DNA from: Lingula anatina
Lineage: Eukaryota; Animalia; Brachiopoda
Direction: 5' to 3'
DNA: 64,000 bases
NCBI GenBank assembly: GCA_051362555.1
Contig: CM120645.1
Location: forward strand, 19,158,001 to 19,222,000
Shown here: positions 13,401 through 26,887 of the stretch, piece by piece
Layout: each line of letters opens with the position of its first letter
How positions within the stretch are numbered: the first letter of the stretch is position 1
Notes under the pieces: generated by a model
The model's database searches: none
What the model saw: only the letters and a program-made list of their open reading frames with translations
What the model was told of the DNA's origin: nothing
Position numbers and translations under genes: made by a program

Positions 13401-15459
13401 TATTGATTAGCATTTTCTGCTTTCAGCAGCTGCCTAATTGAGAAATCCATTCCTGATAATTTTTTCACACTGTAAATTTCATCATCAAACTTTGATAGAG
13501 TATGAAATACATATAAATGCCTAACATCAGAACAAATCATTTTCAAAATGAAACATTTCAGTATGAAATTGCACCAATTTAGTAGCCTCCAAATCTGATT
13601 TATTTTAAGGCTCAGTGAAAAATCCCAACCCCTAAAAAAGGTTCACTGCCCCTTGGGAGTATGTTTTAAGTTCAGAATACTACAGGGTATAGTCTGGAGA
13701 CAAAAACGGAAACATGTAGATCTAACTTTACCTAAATAATTCAGAAATGTATTGGGGGGGGGGGGGGGGGGGGAGCAGGTGTGAAAGTCTCATGCATGGC
13801 CAGTAGTATTCAACAGTATTCAGTGATCGTGAAAAGCAGATTAAAAGAACTGTGTTAAACAGATAAGTAAACACGCCCTTGAATGTATTGATTCAGCAAA
13901 GCGTTATTTCTGGAAATGTTTTACGCTGTGTCAACAAAGCTCTACGTGGGCATGTTTGCTTATCGTGGCAGTTGTAAAACTGTCCAATGGCAGTGCATGT
14001 TACAAGCCTAAAAGAATATTTTGAGATATCTAATTGAAGAACAGATTACCCGCCATAGCGGACAAAGTGGCGAATGATGTAGAAACAGCAGTTCCTCTAA
14101 CATCAATTATAAATATTTTTCAGATATATGTATATATATATTTCAGACATGTAATTAAATTTCCAGATATTTTTTACCACTAAAAGCAACAGGTGGGAGG
14201 AAGCAAACAATTATGTAGGTAGATAATCTAAAATAAATATATGGAATAACTGGAGACTGCATAATCTGCAAAATGAGACTTAAATCTAACCATTTTCTCA
14301 GAAAAACTGCCCCATAGTAGCAAGCCAATAAAAGAAGAAAATGTATTTACAGTGTAGGACATCAACAAACTGCATACCCTTACATCAAAATCCCTAAAAA
14401 ATTTTCCTTCATACATTAAGTAAACAAAAGTCTACTCTGCAGTTATTCTTAATGTCATAAACCAGCCAGTCATGTTTCATTTCAACCATTTACAAGTTAT
14501 GTATATCTGTAGCTTCTAAAAAAAGACTTTCTCAGGTAAAATCTGTCAGCGCGTACCCCCCATCGACTCAAATCTATAGTGGATCAATATTTAATGAGCA
14601 ATACCATTAACAGATTACAAAACAGTAAAGCCAGTGTTAAATGAAATGTGCAGCATTTAATATCGTTAGTCATTATAAAAAAACACTAACAATAACATTC
14701 ATATTGTTTATTGTCCTCAATTTGCATGTGTGCGTGCGTGCGTGCACGTGTCCGTGTGTGTGTGCGCATACATGCATGTACATCCTGGACACATTACACA
14801 AACCAAAGGGGGTCAATGACCCTGGAATTTGAGTTTCCAACTAGAATGACAGATAACAGAATTCTAGTTATCAGTTGTTTATTTTGCGACCTCTACAACT
14901 ATCAACATAGTGCACATACTATTACTGATAAAGTTAGAGCAGCAGTGTTAAAAATAATTGAATTCTTTTTCTTTTTTGTGGATAGTCTGAACAATATACC
15001 TTTAAAAAAAAGGAAATCTTACTAGTTTCAATCTATTGACACTTTTTTCCAAATGCAAACACCACCTTCTTCATTTTACACAGAAATCTCTTCAAGTCAT
15101 ATCCTTAAAGGAAAGCAAAAGCTTTATCTGAATGAAGTGGTCTTTTACTTCTGATAGGAAGTCAAGTGTTCCAATAAGGCATATTATTACTGAGGCCCTT
15201 GTATCATGCACTGTAAATCTTAAATGTTTTCATAATAAGTAGTATAAATAAGATATTCTGGTACAATGCAAATCCATATCATTCAACCATTCTACAGACT
15301 GCAATCAGTCAAAAGTTGATTGCATAAACTCTTGCTGACAAATCTTAATCCAGTGACAGTCAATAATTTAAAACAGTTAAGAAACAGTCTTCTTCACCGA
15401 CACATGTACTGTATTAAGCCATTAATACATAAGTGTAGTTTCATCATCTTCCACTAGGG

Positions 15460-15473
15460 GCGCCACCTGATGG
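15460..15473 (-). promoter_or_regulatory. CTCF-like motif CCATCAGGTGGCGC
   Basis: One mismatch to CCASYAGRKGGCRS. Overlaps an opposite-facing partial site, CCACTAGGGGCGCC. Confidence 0.35.
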
Positions 15474-18400
15474 TGTACCAAAGATCGTGTTTCTAACTAT
15501 TGCAGTGTACCTTTATTCAATATGCTATTACAATCAAATAAAACATGTCGCGAACTTTCACAATAACATGTGCTATTATATTAGTGTTTTGTACAAAGAA
15601 ATGATTGGGTCACAAATAGATATTAAAAGTACAAATTAATAATTGAACACCAAGCCACATGTCCAGCCACATGTCCAGTCATATGGTCATGATTTCAAGT
15701 CCAAACTGGTCACCTGAAGTATCCATGTGACCTTTATCTGTTGGTCAAGGAGCAATCAAATCACAAACCAACATAAACAAAAGCAATGGATCACTGTTTC
15801 TAGACTGTTTCTAAGAGTATCAGTTCACTGGGCCTCAATTCATCTTGGCATATGCATTGGGTCACATGCATGTCCATATATAGTGGTCAAATACGAACTT
15901 CAATTAGCCGAACTTTAATTAGCTGGTAAGGGATCAGAGTTCTGTAAGACTAAATTTAAGTAAACATAACTTCAAGAGTGCCATTTGGCCCCTAAACCCC
16001 ACATCAGAGGTCATATAACTAATCATAAGGAGTGTAGACACCTTTAATAATCACTAAAATTAAAAACTCAAAAATGGTCTAGTGGATTGAAATTTTGTCA
16101 ACGGTCTTAGATAGTGTAAATTGGCAATGACAAGAAAAGTGTTCAAATTTTCCGTAAAATAATATTTTCTATAAGTCAAATGCTCATTGTACACCTTCAA
16201 AGAGAAGTGTGTGCCCCTTCTGACAAGAGGGCGAATTAAACCAGTTATTCAGTCACAAAGTTTTTATCACGCAAACAGTCACAAGATCAATAAAAATACA
16301 TGTACCATTGTCTACAGTTTAAATGCCAATTCAATCATTCACAATATGTTGGGTTGGACTCTATGAATAAAAATCACGAGATTGTGATCAAACAATATCA
16401 TACTAATGTAAGATGCCAAAGGTACCAGCCGGCCATGCCATGTGTTCTGTCACATGTGAGCAGAATATCAAAATCAGTTTGAACTTAAGTATTTATGTCC
16501 TACATATAGTCACAAGACTCTGATGTAACACTGCCTTTGGTCAAATAATAGTTCATCGGCCACTGTGGATTCCTCTGATAAGATTGGAAATGAAGTTATC
16601 ATGTACGTAAAGTAGTTGTATTGGCTACATGTAAAATATATGGCTATACATATTTACTGTCAAAATAAAATTACTAGTATAGAAGATAGTGTTGATTTTT
16701 AAAATAAAATGTCACAAACTGACCCGAAAAATTGGATTCAGGCGTCTCGTATCAATACTGAGTGCCCAGTCGTTTGTCTTCATTAAATCATACATGCATA
16801 ACAGTCACCAGATCCTCATCTAAATATAAACATGTCTCCTACCAAAGTTTGTCAGTACTAAAGAAGTAATGGCAAAGGGCAAAAGATGCTAAATAACATA
16901 TAAAAACAAAGCCTCACTTATTCCAAACATTTCATTGCTTCAGAATTTTCCAAAATTTTAATTATGCACACAACAACAATAAAAAATTTGAACTTGAACC
17001 CAGTAAGTCACCATTTAGAATCTATTATTCAAATTTTATGAATAACAATTAACAAACAACTATTCTGAGATATAAATTCCTTGAAATCATGTTTAAATTC
17101 AGCATTATTAGCCTACAATTGCAAGAATCCCGACATCGTGACCCTAATTAACCCAGAGGTAGAAGTACTACTGAAATATGCGCAACTGTTTACTTTCTGA
17201 TAAGTTACTGTTACTAAGGGGTCATGCGTGCCATTCATCCCCTTCATACTCTTCTGTAAATTTGATAGAATATTAATGATAACGATTATGATGATGACAG
17301 TAACAATAAAACATAATAATAATGGTCGGAGAGTTTTTAGAATAAAATCTGGGTTTTACAATCTGATATCCAACTACAACTAAAGTACACTGCGCCTATA
17401 TCAAACAAATGTGATAATGATCCACCAGCATTTTTTAAAAAATATAAAGATACAGATCTTGAGAGTACAAAAACTGACTGCTGTTGTTTTTAAAGTACAT
17501 TTCTTAGCAAGCAATGCAAGTGTGCATTACCCATGGGAAAATATAATGGGGAAGGGGATGCGGGGTTCAAAGAGCAAAAATAGGAGAGGTCAGAAATCAG
17601 CTCCAAAGATACAATGTACTATGATACACATTTGCACCTAGTGACAAGTAAAACATCGATATCACTATCTACATTCAGCCGATAAATGGCTGTGTGTACT
17701 ATTGAGCCAGGAATGTTTACCTTTCTTGGAAGAAGTCCAGGGGGGGATGGGACCAGGGGAGTAAGGGGGTGGGGTAGGGTAGGTAGAGGGCAAATATCTA
17801 ACATGCCAGTTTGTGCAAATTTACCTTTCTTGGATAAGTCCGGGGGGGTATGTGATTGGGGAAGGGGAGGAGTCAGACACCGATTTGGCCCAGCTGAGTA
17901 AGAATGAGCAAATACAGACAGAGAGGAGTGGTATGCCAAGCTGTGTGCTGTCTGCTGCAGGGGGTGATAGCAGGAAGGCAGGGTGAGCGGGTACTTTGCA
18001 GGGACTGGGACAGTTTTGAAACAGAACTATGTTGGATTATGAATTGATCCAAGACTTGATACCTAATATTGGTGCAACAAGCCCTATCAAAGTGCAAGAA
18101 TACCAGATTTCTTACTGGCGTGCATGCAGACAAAATTAGGTTTCAGTCTAACCTGGATAAGATCACTTGATTGCAATCTGGAACGCTAGACACATGCTCC
18201 CCAAGTCTCTGTCCTAAAGTAACTTTCAATCTTAAAGTAGTCCCTAGCTGTCCCTATGGTCCTATCTGTCCTTCAGTGTATTGATCTTATACAAGGCAAG
18301 AACCAGAACATACCATATGGCTATCTATATATTTTTCCTGATAGTTTTAGTAACATACAAAGTAAACAGGAACAGTCATTCAAAGATAGCAAGTGATGGT

Positions 18401-21102
18401 ATAAGGTTTGATGAGAAAAGCATCTGTCAATTCTACTCCAGTGTTCAACAGCCTAGAAATTCATTTGCTTTTGCGTCATTAAATGACAAAGTTTCTGGGA
18501 GACTCAAAGCTAATTTACAGTCTTGGTCTGACTTCGTAAATTATTTGATTTTAACACTATTAAAAGGTTGTTACATCTCCATTTCAGGTTCACAAGCGGG
18601 CAAGTATGACCAATGCTGATGGGGCTTTGCATCCCCCCCCCAACATTATATTTAAAATGCTAGAAAGTGGGGCTGACTTCCGTTGTAGAACAGTCCTCTT
18701 GTAATGAAGTCTTTTAAGAGCATACCAGCCACACCATATGGCATAACATCTGTTAGACAAGTACTTACAACAATGTCCTTAATAATACTTGTAATTACCC
18801 TTTAATGCCCCAGTCCATTGGTATCTGTTTCAGAGGAAAAATAGTCATATTTGATCATTATAATCATGATGACTTTGCATTAACCCCCCCCCCCCCCCCA
18901 CCCCAACCCTTCATTAAGCTCATTCAATTATATTACTATATATTCTCTACCTTTCATTGCCTTTAGACTTACTTAAGACACACTACAACACTTGTGATAC
19001 AAATATGGGACCAAAAGATACCAGGTGGTAACCAACAATCTGCCCCTTGGGCCATCCATAATAGCATATTATGTGTGTTAAATCTCTATTTAAGTAAAAA
19101 AGCTACCTTTACTGAAAATGACAGCAATTTTCCTTTAATCATCATCCAGGTATACTCCACCCACTTATGCTTGTTGAGTGCCTTTAAGAGTGAGAGGGAT
19201 CCTATGACAACCCTTTGACTTTACTGGAAGGTCCATTGCAATTTACTGACAATTGCCAACCCCCTTCCCTCCCCCATCTAATCCCCCTTAATAATTCCCT
19301 GTGTAATAACAAGAACAGATTCCAAAAAGTAGGAAAATGAGCAGCATCCAGACAAACTATTGTGACATTCACTCTGCATGCAACTCCCAGGGGTTCTCTC
19401 CTTGCAAGGTATCCCATTCCAAACACCAAATGTGAACCAGAGTACGTGTCCTTCAGCAGTTGTGGCTTTTTTAGGTATAAACCAAAACATGAAGCTATTG
19501 TAGTGTCTCTGCAATGTAAACAGGCCGACCAACCTTGAAACAACCTTCTTTTCTCCCCCCCCCCCCCATCTCCTGTCCCTGTCCTTGACTAGTACTGAAA
19601 ACTGCATCTATATAGACGAACTATGGAGAACACAGAGAACAGAGGTATTACATTTGCTATCTGTTCTTAACGGTGTACTATAAATATTTGAAAATGTCCA
19701 AAATTCCAATATTTTAAAAAAGATCCAAATATCCTGCAAGGCGATTTACCTCTTATTTGATTCAGGCCTAAAAAGTGATTAAACCCATCAAATAAATTTT
19801 AGTAACTACATGTATGTCAATATCTCCTGCTGAAATGTCAGGAAGACATGGTGGTCTAAATGAATCATGATTTGTTCAGAGACAGGGTTTTTCAACTCAA
19901 AACGTTACAAAAATGGTACAAAACGTTAAACCACTTGTGCAAGTGAACAAGGACAGGTCAAGGAATGATTCAAAAACGAGAAATTTGTTTTTTTTTTCCT
20001 CCCTAAAAAAGGCATTTGGCATAAAAATCCTGTATAGGACACTGTTTAAGCATTAGCTTATGTTCAGAAAAGGTATTTAACAAATTTAACAATTCTTCAA
20101 TGGAATGGTGGTAAACCATTACTGTTCCATTTGTTTAAAAATAACTAAGAACTTAACACCCATGCATGTTAGAGGGACTGTCCAAATGTATGACATATGA
20201 TGCATTTAAATACAGAAGATATTCCTGCAGGCAGGTACATGCAAACAGTATGCAATGCCCTTCTACATACAATCCAAACAAAGGCAGAAGTACAAGGCTC
20301 ATCCTTTCTCAACCACAAACATGTTCTGTACAAATTCATGCTCTTTATTCTATTTCCAAGGAGTCTGCACAATGTGCTAGATATTAATGAGGTATTTGGA
20401 AATAAAATGAAATATTAAATACATTTCAGGAATTTTGAATTTATAATGAAATATAATATATATTATGTATTTGATAACGTACGTGACAGCAAGTGTTCGA
20501 TATTCTATGAATTCGAAGGACTGAAATTTAGTTTGTCAAAGATGTATGTCAAGTTGAAGTCAATGCGCTAGATTCAAGGAACTGCTCAAGGGCAAGCAAG
20601 GTTAAAACAACCTGTCATACTGAGAAAAAACGATTAAAAAATTGATTGCAATAGCCGAAGAAATGTCCCCCATCAAGCTTTTCTGTCCCTATATATGTGG
20701 GCAGGTTTACAATGGTAATATACAAATGGGGGTTACAGTAAAACAATTCACTTCCTGGTGTTACAAGTCAAATCTTTTCCAACATGAATACTGCTCTTTT
20801 GATCACAACGTTTTCCCTGGCCTTAAATCTAAACCAGGTCTTGCTACATGTATATGCTCATTGCCAGTGTGCAACAATGTGTCATTGTACAGCTTTGTGA
20901 TATCTACAATTTAAACAAAACATTCTACCCTGCAGCATGATGTAGATACTTGTATTCCAGACCCTCATATATGCTCCATAATGATATTACAAGGACAATA
21001 CAAGCACCTAGCACTAATTTAAGATATAATTGCTTAGTTCATGCTGTGGAATTTTTTAGCATTTACTACAACAATTCCATTTATTTACTAAACCTGTAGG
21101 CC

Positions 21103-21164
<62 letters not shown>
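21103..21164. repeat. (TAA)n microsatellite
   Basis: Direct reading. Confidence 0.95.
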
Positions 21165-21168
<4 letters not shown>

Positions 21169-21510
21169 TATATTGGATCGTTATTAATTTATTTCTTTAT
21201 TTAAACCTTTATTCTATTAAGATCCTTACAGAACAACAAAGTACAACTAATTCAGAAGCGAAATAAGATTAAAAAGATCATGCAGAGACTTAATGAATAA
21301 GTGTGCACACAATCAATCATAACACAATAATTTTGAACAATTCACAACTGCAAGAAACTGGCATCATGCCCTCCCTTCCCAATCTGAACCATATCATAAC
21401 CATTATTTTCCAGTGTTGCATCACATTTATTTCCATGTAAAAACAAGCAACAGTCCAAAGCTCATCCTCCTGCTGGGATGAAGTACGTAACAAACAATAC
21501 AGGAACTTAA

Positions 21511-21911
21511 GGCCGCATTCAGAAGAGAGGGTCAAATATAGCAAACCCACTTGAATACTTCCTATACTATGAGAATATATTCAGTGTCTATTAGCAGATA
21601 AGACTTCAACCCTACTAAAGAAAGTTTTTTAAGATTAATGAACACAAAAAACACAAATTTAATATCTAGTTTAGCTGTTTATATATTTAATGCTTTTTTA
21701 TTAAGAAAAGAAATTTTAGATCACTGACAAAAAATTAATAATTCTTAATACTTCTCACGGACTTTATTATTATTATTATTATTATTATCATGTACTATGG
21801 GCCAGAGGCCTTGAAAAACTGAATAAATTATATTATTAAGACTTCAAGCTTTTTAGTGGGTCGGCCATATTTGACCCGCAGACTACTTAGTCCACTGTTC
21901 TGAATGTGACC
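21511..21911. mobile_element. Family B Harbinger-like MITE with an internal retro-insertion
   Basis: taa|ggccgcattcagaa ... ttctgaatgtgacc|taa. Confidence 0.75.
21610..21836 (+). mobile_element. Short LINE/SINE-like 3' fragment with 11-bp TSD
   Basis: Flanked by TAAGACTTCAA (21599-21609, 21837-21847). Ends in a small hairpin ggcc-aga-ggcc, then AATAAA and a (TTA)-like tail. Confidence 0.55.
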
Positions 21912-21914
21912 TAA

Positions 21915-22099
21915 GGCCGCATTCAGAACAGTGAACTAACTAATCCATGGATCAAATATGGCTGACCCACTTGAATGCTTGTTACATAATCCACGAGGGG
22001 AATCTATTCATTGTCTATTAGTGGATTAGACGGCAAGCTTTTTAGTGTATAGCCATATTTGAGCCGTGGACTGGTTAATCTGCTGTTCTGAATGGGGTC
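21915..22099. mobile_element. Family B Harbinger-like MITE abutting the previous copy through one TAA
   Basis: taa|ggccgcattcagaacag ... ctgttctgaatggggtc|taa. Confidence 0.8.
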
Positions 22100-23809
22100 T
22101 AAGACATCAGAAGGCAGTGCAGTTCAGTCCCATGAACACTATAACAAAAAGGAAAAACAAATATTTCATAAAAACATCATGACAAGTTCTCAACTTCCTT
22201 GATTTTTAACTTATCAGAAACAAGTCGGGGTAAATGGATATGTCAAAATAACAACTTCCTCATATTTTTCCTTTTGCTTATTTGATTTACTCATTATTCT
22301 TTTACTTTTAACTTATTAAAAACTTTTTTTGTACTGACAAGTTGCACAAAACTGTTTTGACATGGAGAGATAGCTACCTCCAGGACAGGCAACTCTCTTT
22401 TAAAATCTTTGTTATCATTTAAATAAATACTTCACAGCATCTTTTTTGTCTTCACAGGCTCACTTTCACTTAAAACTAAACTTAGTAACTTTCACTGGTA
22501 TCCTAAGCATAAGCGGAATGTTATGATATCATTCTCCTTACAACTCTGAATATGGGAGATGTATTTGCAAGAAGCCAATATGATGTATGATGTAATGTCT
22601 CACTTCCAACATCAAGACAGACATAAAGGCTAACATTCTGTAAGAGTGTTACTGAAATAATCTTGAATAATATCCTTAACCTCTCCTCCCCCAACCACCC
22701 TTCCCCAAAATCATTTTAATAAAATAACATCTTCGGTTACATGTACATGTAAAATTTAAGCAATGGTTTCACTGTCCCCTGCCTAGACCCTGTTGCTGTT
22801 CTAGATCTCCTACTTTGCCAGCTAGTAAGTTTCACATAACAACAACACCATGACATTACAATGTTGTGAACTCCTGTTCTGAAGGCTACACATACAGTTA
22901 ACTGCCTCCAGAGAGTTAATGGATACCCAGGAACAAACTGGATTGGACTGGATTTCTGATCATATACAAAACATCTACACATGTACAACGTTATTTATTC
23001 TCCCCTCTATCAATGAAATTGAATTATCACAATTATCACATTAAACCAAATGCAACATCCGTTCCTACGTACATGTTACCGTACCGTACCAGGTACATGT
23101 TTTTGAAATTAGTATTCACAAATGCCAGCTAAAAATCATGAATTTCAGCTGCACTGTTTTCACTAAGTTGATTTTATGAACTGCATCTAAATAGGTTGTT
23201 GTGTAATGATATATACTGTGAATTCTTGTTAGCTATAATTCCCATCCCACTTTCCTTTCCCTTCCTTATAATTAGACCTCTGGATCTCCTTGTGATTTAC
23301 TAATATTCTAATGTCCGTCCATATTCTAATGTCCCTTGGGCTAGCTAGTCCCCTATTCAGAATGGGGTCTAACACCCCAAAACTCCACCCACCTTTCCCC
23401 CTTCTTACATATGTATGCCCCTCCCCTTCTCCTTAACTTTCCTTCAGTATCTCACCCCCAAAATACCTAGAGCTGCTTCTAATCATAAACATTTTAATCC
23501 CATACAAGTTGCTTAATTAATGCTATTCTGATCCCTCATTTTTAACTAACTAGGTTGAGAGTAATTCAAACATACATATGTGCCAAGTATTCCTAACTGG
23601 ATAAATCCGCTTTTTTCTCGCTTAACATGTCGAGTATTCACGAGGAAAATAACATGGACTTTAAACCCTTGTTATGTATTGACAAGGATGTTTATGATAC
23701 CACGTAGTAGAAATTTCTGCACAAGCCTACATGTATTTAGTCCAAAAAATTTTAAGCAGCCCCATGTAGTTACTTCTCTCCCACCTCTAACTTTGATCAA
23801 GGCTAATAT

Positions 23810-23852
<43 letters not shown>

Positions 23853-24413
23853 TTATTACTTGGAGGGGGGAGATGAGAGCAAAGAGGCTGGCTACAAATA
23901 TCTGCAGTCAATATGTAATGTATAACATCTATTCATCAAAAACTTAAAACAGTTGTAGATAAAATCAGTCTCTTCCATTCTGCAGCCATTTCTTAGGATG
24001 CAATTAATGAAGAATTGCAATGTCATAATGTTCTTCAAATGCCGCACTGCATTTTAAGATCAAGTACAAGTGCAACATTGGTGCAGAAACTACCTTAATC
24101 ATACTATTTTTACTGATCACTACAATCAAATAATGTGCAACTTTTCCTGCCACCAGCGTTTAGAGAGGTGGTAACTATTAGTTCTTCATGGAATGCTTCA
24201 AAATTATGGTGGCATGAAACAAAGCCAAAATTAACACTTTGTCCTTGTTGGTCAGTTTAACATCTTACATCTATAACTAAAAAAAAAAAAATTCTATAAT
24301 TTTATTTCACTGTAATATGATATGCACAGCATAATCCAAAGCATTAACCCCACCCACACATTCTCAAATAAGGTGCTTCCATCTATTGAGAAAAACGAAA
24401 ACTAAAAACTCAC

Positions 24414-24451
24414 CATCAGTGTATTGCCTCCCCTTTGCCCACTTCTCACAC
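24414..24451 (-). CDS. Candidate 38-nt internal exon (xCEKWAKGRQYTD phase 2 to 1, or xVRSGQRGGNTLM phase 1 to 0)
   Basis: Textbook acceptor gttttgtttttgtttacag| and donor ATG|gtgagt. GC-rich island in AT-rich surroundings. Confidence 0.65.
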
Positions 24452-25411
24452 CTGTAAACAAAAACAAAACAGGTCAGGCAAAGTACACAACACTTGGAAT
24501 AAACAGTACTAAAGTCACCCCTTAGATGGACTGGTACAGAAAAGAAGTAAATATTTACATGATATGATATCTATAACTGACCTTTTGAACTAGGGATAGA
24601 TTAGTGACATTTAAACACATTAGATGCACTTGATGAAGAAAAAGCATTTCTTAAGATAGAAACAGATGGGGCCTGATATGTTGAAAAAACAGGAGGAGGG
24701 GAGTACTAGTGCACCTTAAATGATCTCAGTCTTTCAGATTAAGACCATTTCCTGCACACATGCAAATACAGAGGGACATGGGGAAACAGAAATATTGAGT
24801 AATCCCTTCCAAACAAGGCATACAACTGAGCGCGGCGGTTTTGTTGAGTCACATACATTTATATAATTTAAATTCCTTTTTTTATATTTAAGAAAGATGG
24901 ACTATAGAAATGAGTGTTTATTGTTTATTAACAGTGTGTCATCAGATGCTCAGATTGAAAAGAAACTAGTAACAGATACATAATGCATTGCAAGGTGCAT
25001 GGGGCATTGCACATAGTGCGCAAGAGCACAACGCTTAAGTTGCTGTCACATGCACCTTGCTGTCAATCATGTGTGTAAGATACACCATGTCTGAGACCTG
25101 CTGGCAGGAAGGAATGGGGGGGGGGGGAGCGGGGTGAAAAAACCCTTTTTTTTTTTTTTTTTTGACTCAGGAAAATGTCCACTCTGAAACAAATTTTTAT
25201 CTAGGTTTTACGGCTAGTAAAAATAAAAAAGTTTAGTTCTGTTTGATACATATCACATCTAACCAATTCTACCATGAATCAGTGGTAAAGGAATGACAAT
25301 AATTGTTTATTTATACATTATTTGTTTTATTTGTTGCCTGTTTTTTTTTTCTTTTTTCCAAGCTCACTTCAAATCCTTAGAGATGAGTAATTCATTGAGA
25401 TTTCAGATTTA

Positions 25412-25413
<2 letters not shown>

Positions 25414-25495
<82 letters not shown>
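25414..25495. repeat. (TG)n microsatellite
   Basis: Direct reading. Confidence 0.95.
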
Positions 25496-25497
<2 letters not shown>

Positions 25498-26524
25498 AAT
25501 GAAAGAGATACATGTGACATCTGCTTTGGCAATGTTACTGGGAATTAGTGGATAAATTGATGAAATAAAAATTAGAACATCTCCAATTACACAATATTAA
25601 AGCAGAATAACATTATCCGATCATTGTATCTTAAAAGGTCATAATTTCCCATGTCACTTCAAAATTGGTCTTAAAATAGACATTTATAGAACCTCAAAAC
25701 ATTTTGGGATTTGCCTTTCCGGTATACAGTGTATCTATTTATGAAAATAATAGGAAGTTCTCTTATCATTCTGTTTAAACAGAAAAACACTTTGAGGAAC
25801 TATTGAGGAAATTCTGAGAAAAGTTAGCAGTGGGGTTGAAAGTAGTCCCACATGAGCATGACAATTTTCATGAAACAAGGCACTTCATTGGCCAGATGAA
25901 GGGACTTTCCCTCAAGTTTAAAATCCAATCATTTGATGTCAACAACAACAGGATTTTAACCTGTAAGTACCAACCTGTAAGTTCCCAGTATGGTATAAAC
26001 AACAAATGTAGGTCACTAGGATATGTTACAAAACACAAGTGTGTCACAATGAAGTGACCTAGGGTGGGGGAATTTAGTGCCAAATATAGTCCAAATTACA
26101 TAATGCGGAGTATGTCAACAACTTCAGGATTTCAAACACGTGTCATAGATTTTGAAGAACATTGCACATGCATTTGAGATAATACATATACAAACACACA
26201 CATTACTTTTAATTTTTTGAGTAGACTTATAAAGAAATCAAGTAATTGGGATTTACATAAATTCCATCAGTGACCTGAGCTAAAGTATCATGATTAGGAT
26301 AGCTATTGTCAGAATTCTCCTAATTGTCCCTGCTTTCAGGATAATTAAAAATCATACAAGATACCAAAAGTCTCAATGATTAGCAAAAAAATTTAGATTG
26401 AGATTTCATGGAATTTGGAAGAGAGTGGGGTAAAAAAAAAAAAAATAGCTGGCACAACTTATTTATTTACTTTTGTATTTGCACATATCTTAGATGTATT
26501 CAAAGCAAGGGAGTATATGTCTTA

Positions 26525-26749
26525 GACCCCATTTCCATAGATTTTAGATCGATCTATCCCTGTGGGGAGTCTCACTAGATTACTGTCAGCTTAGCCGGCT
26601 TAAGCGTCTGTCCCGCCTACTGAAAGCTGTAAGGGGGTAATTAACTATGGTGCGCACTCGGCTAACTGCAATTTAGCATGAACCCCCAGGGAGTTAGGTC
26701 GATCTAAATCTTAATCCCTGGATCGATCTAAATCTCTGGGAATACACCC
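26525..26749. mobile_element. PIF/Harbinger-like MITE, family A, copy 2
   Basis: TTA TSD (26522-26524, 26750-26752). TIR gaccccatttccatagattt / aaatctctgggaatacaccc. Shares ggggagtctcactagattactgtcag and aacccccagggagttaggtcgatc with copy 1. Confidence 0.75.
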
Positions 26750-26818
26750 TTAGATCAAAGAGCCAAACTAGAACACATATATAGACCTCATCACTTTGTA
26801 TGAAGACAAGTGTTGTGT

Positions 26819-26887
26819 CAGGGGCAGATCCAGGATTATTTGAAGGGGGGGGTTGTCCCCCTGATGCCTCCTCTAAATCTGCCACAG
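26819..26887. mobile_element. 69-bp mini CAG-terminal MITE with 5-bp TSD
   Basis: CAGGGGCAGAT...ATCTGCCACAG flanked by TGTGT (26814-26818, 26888-26892). Confidence 0.65.
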
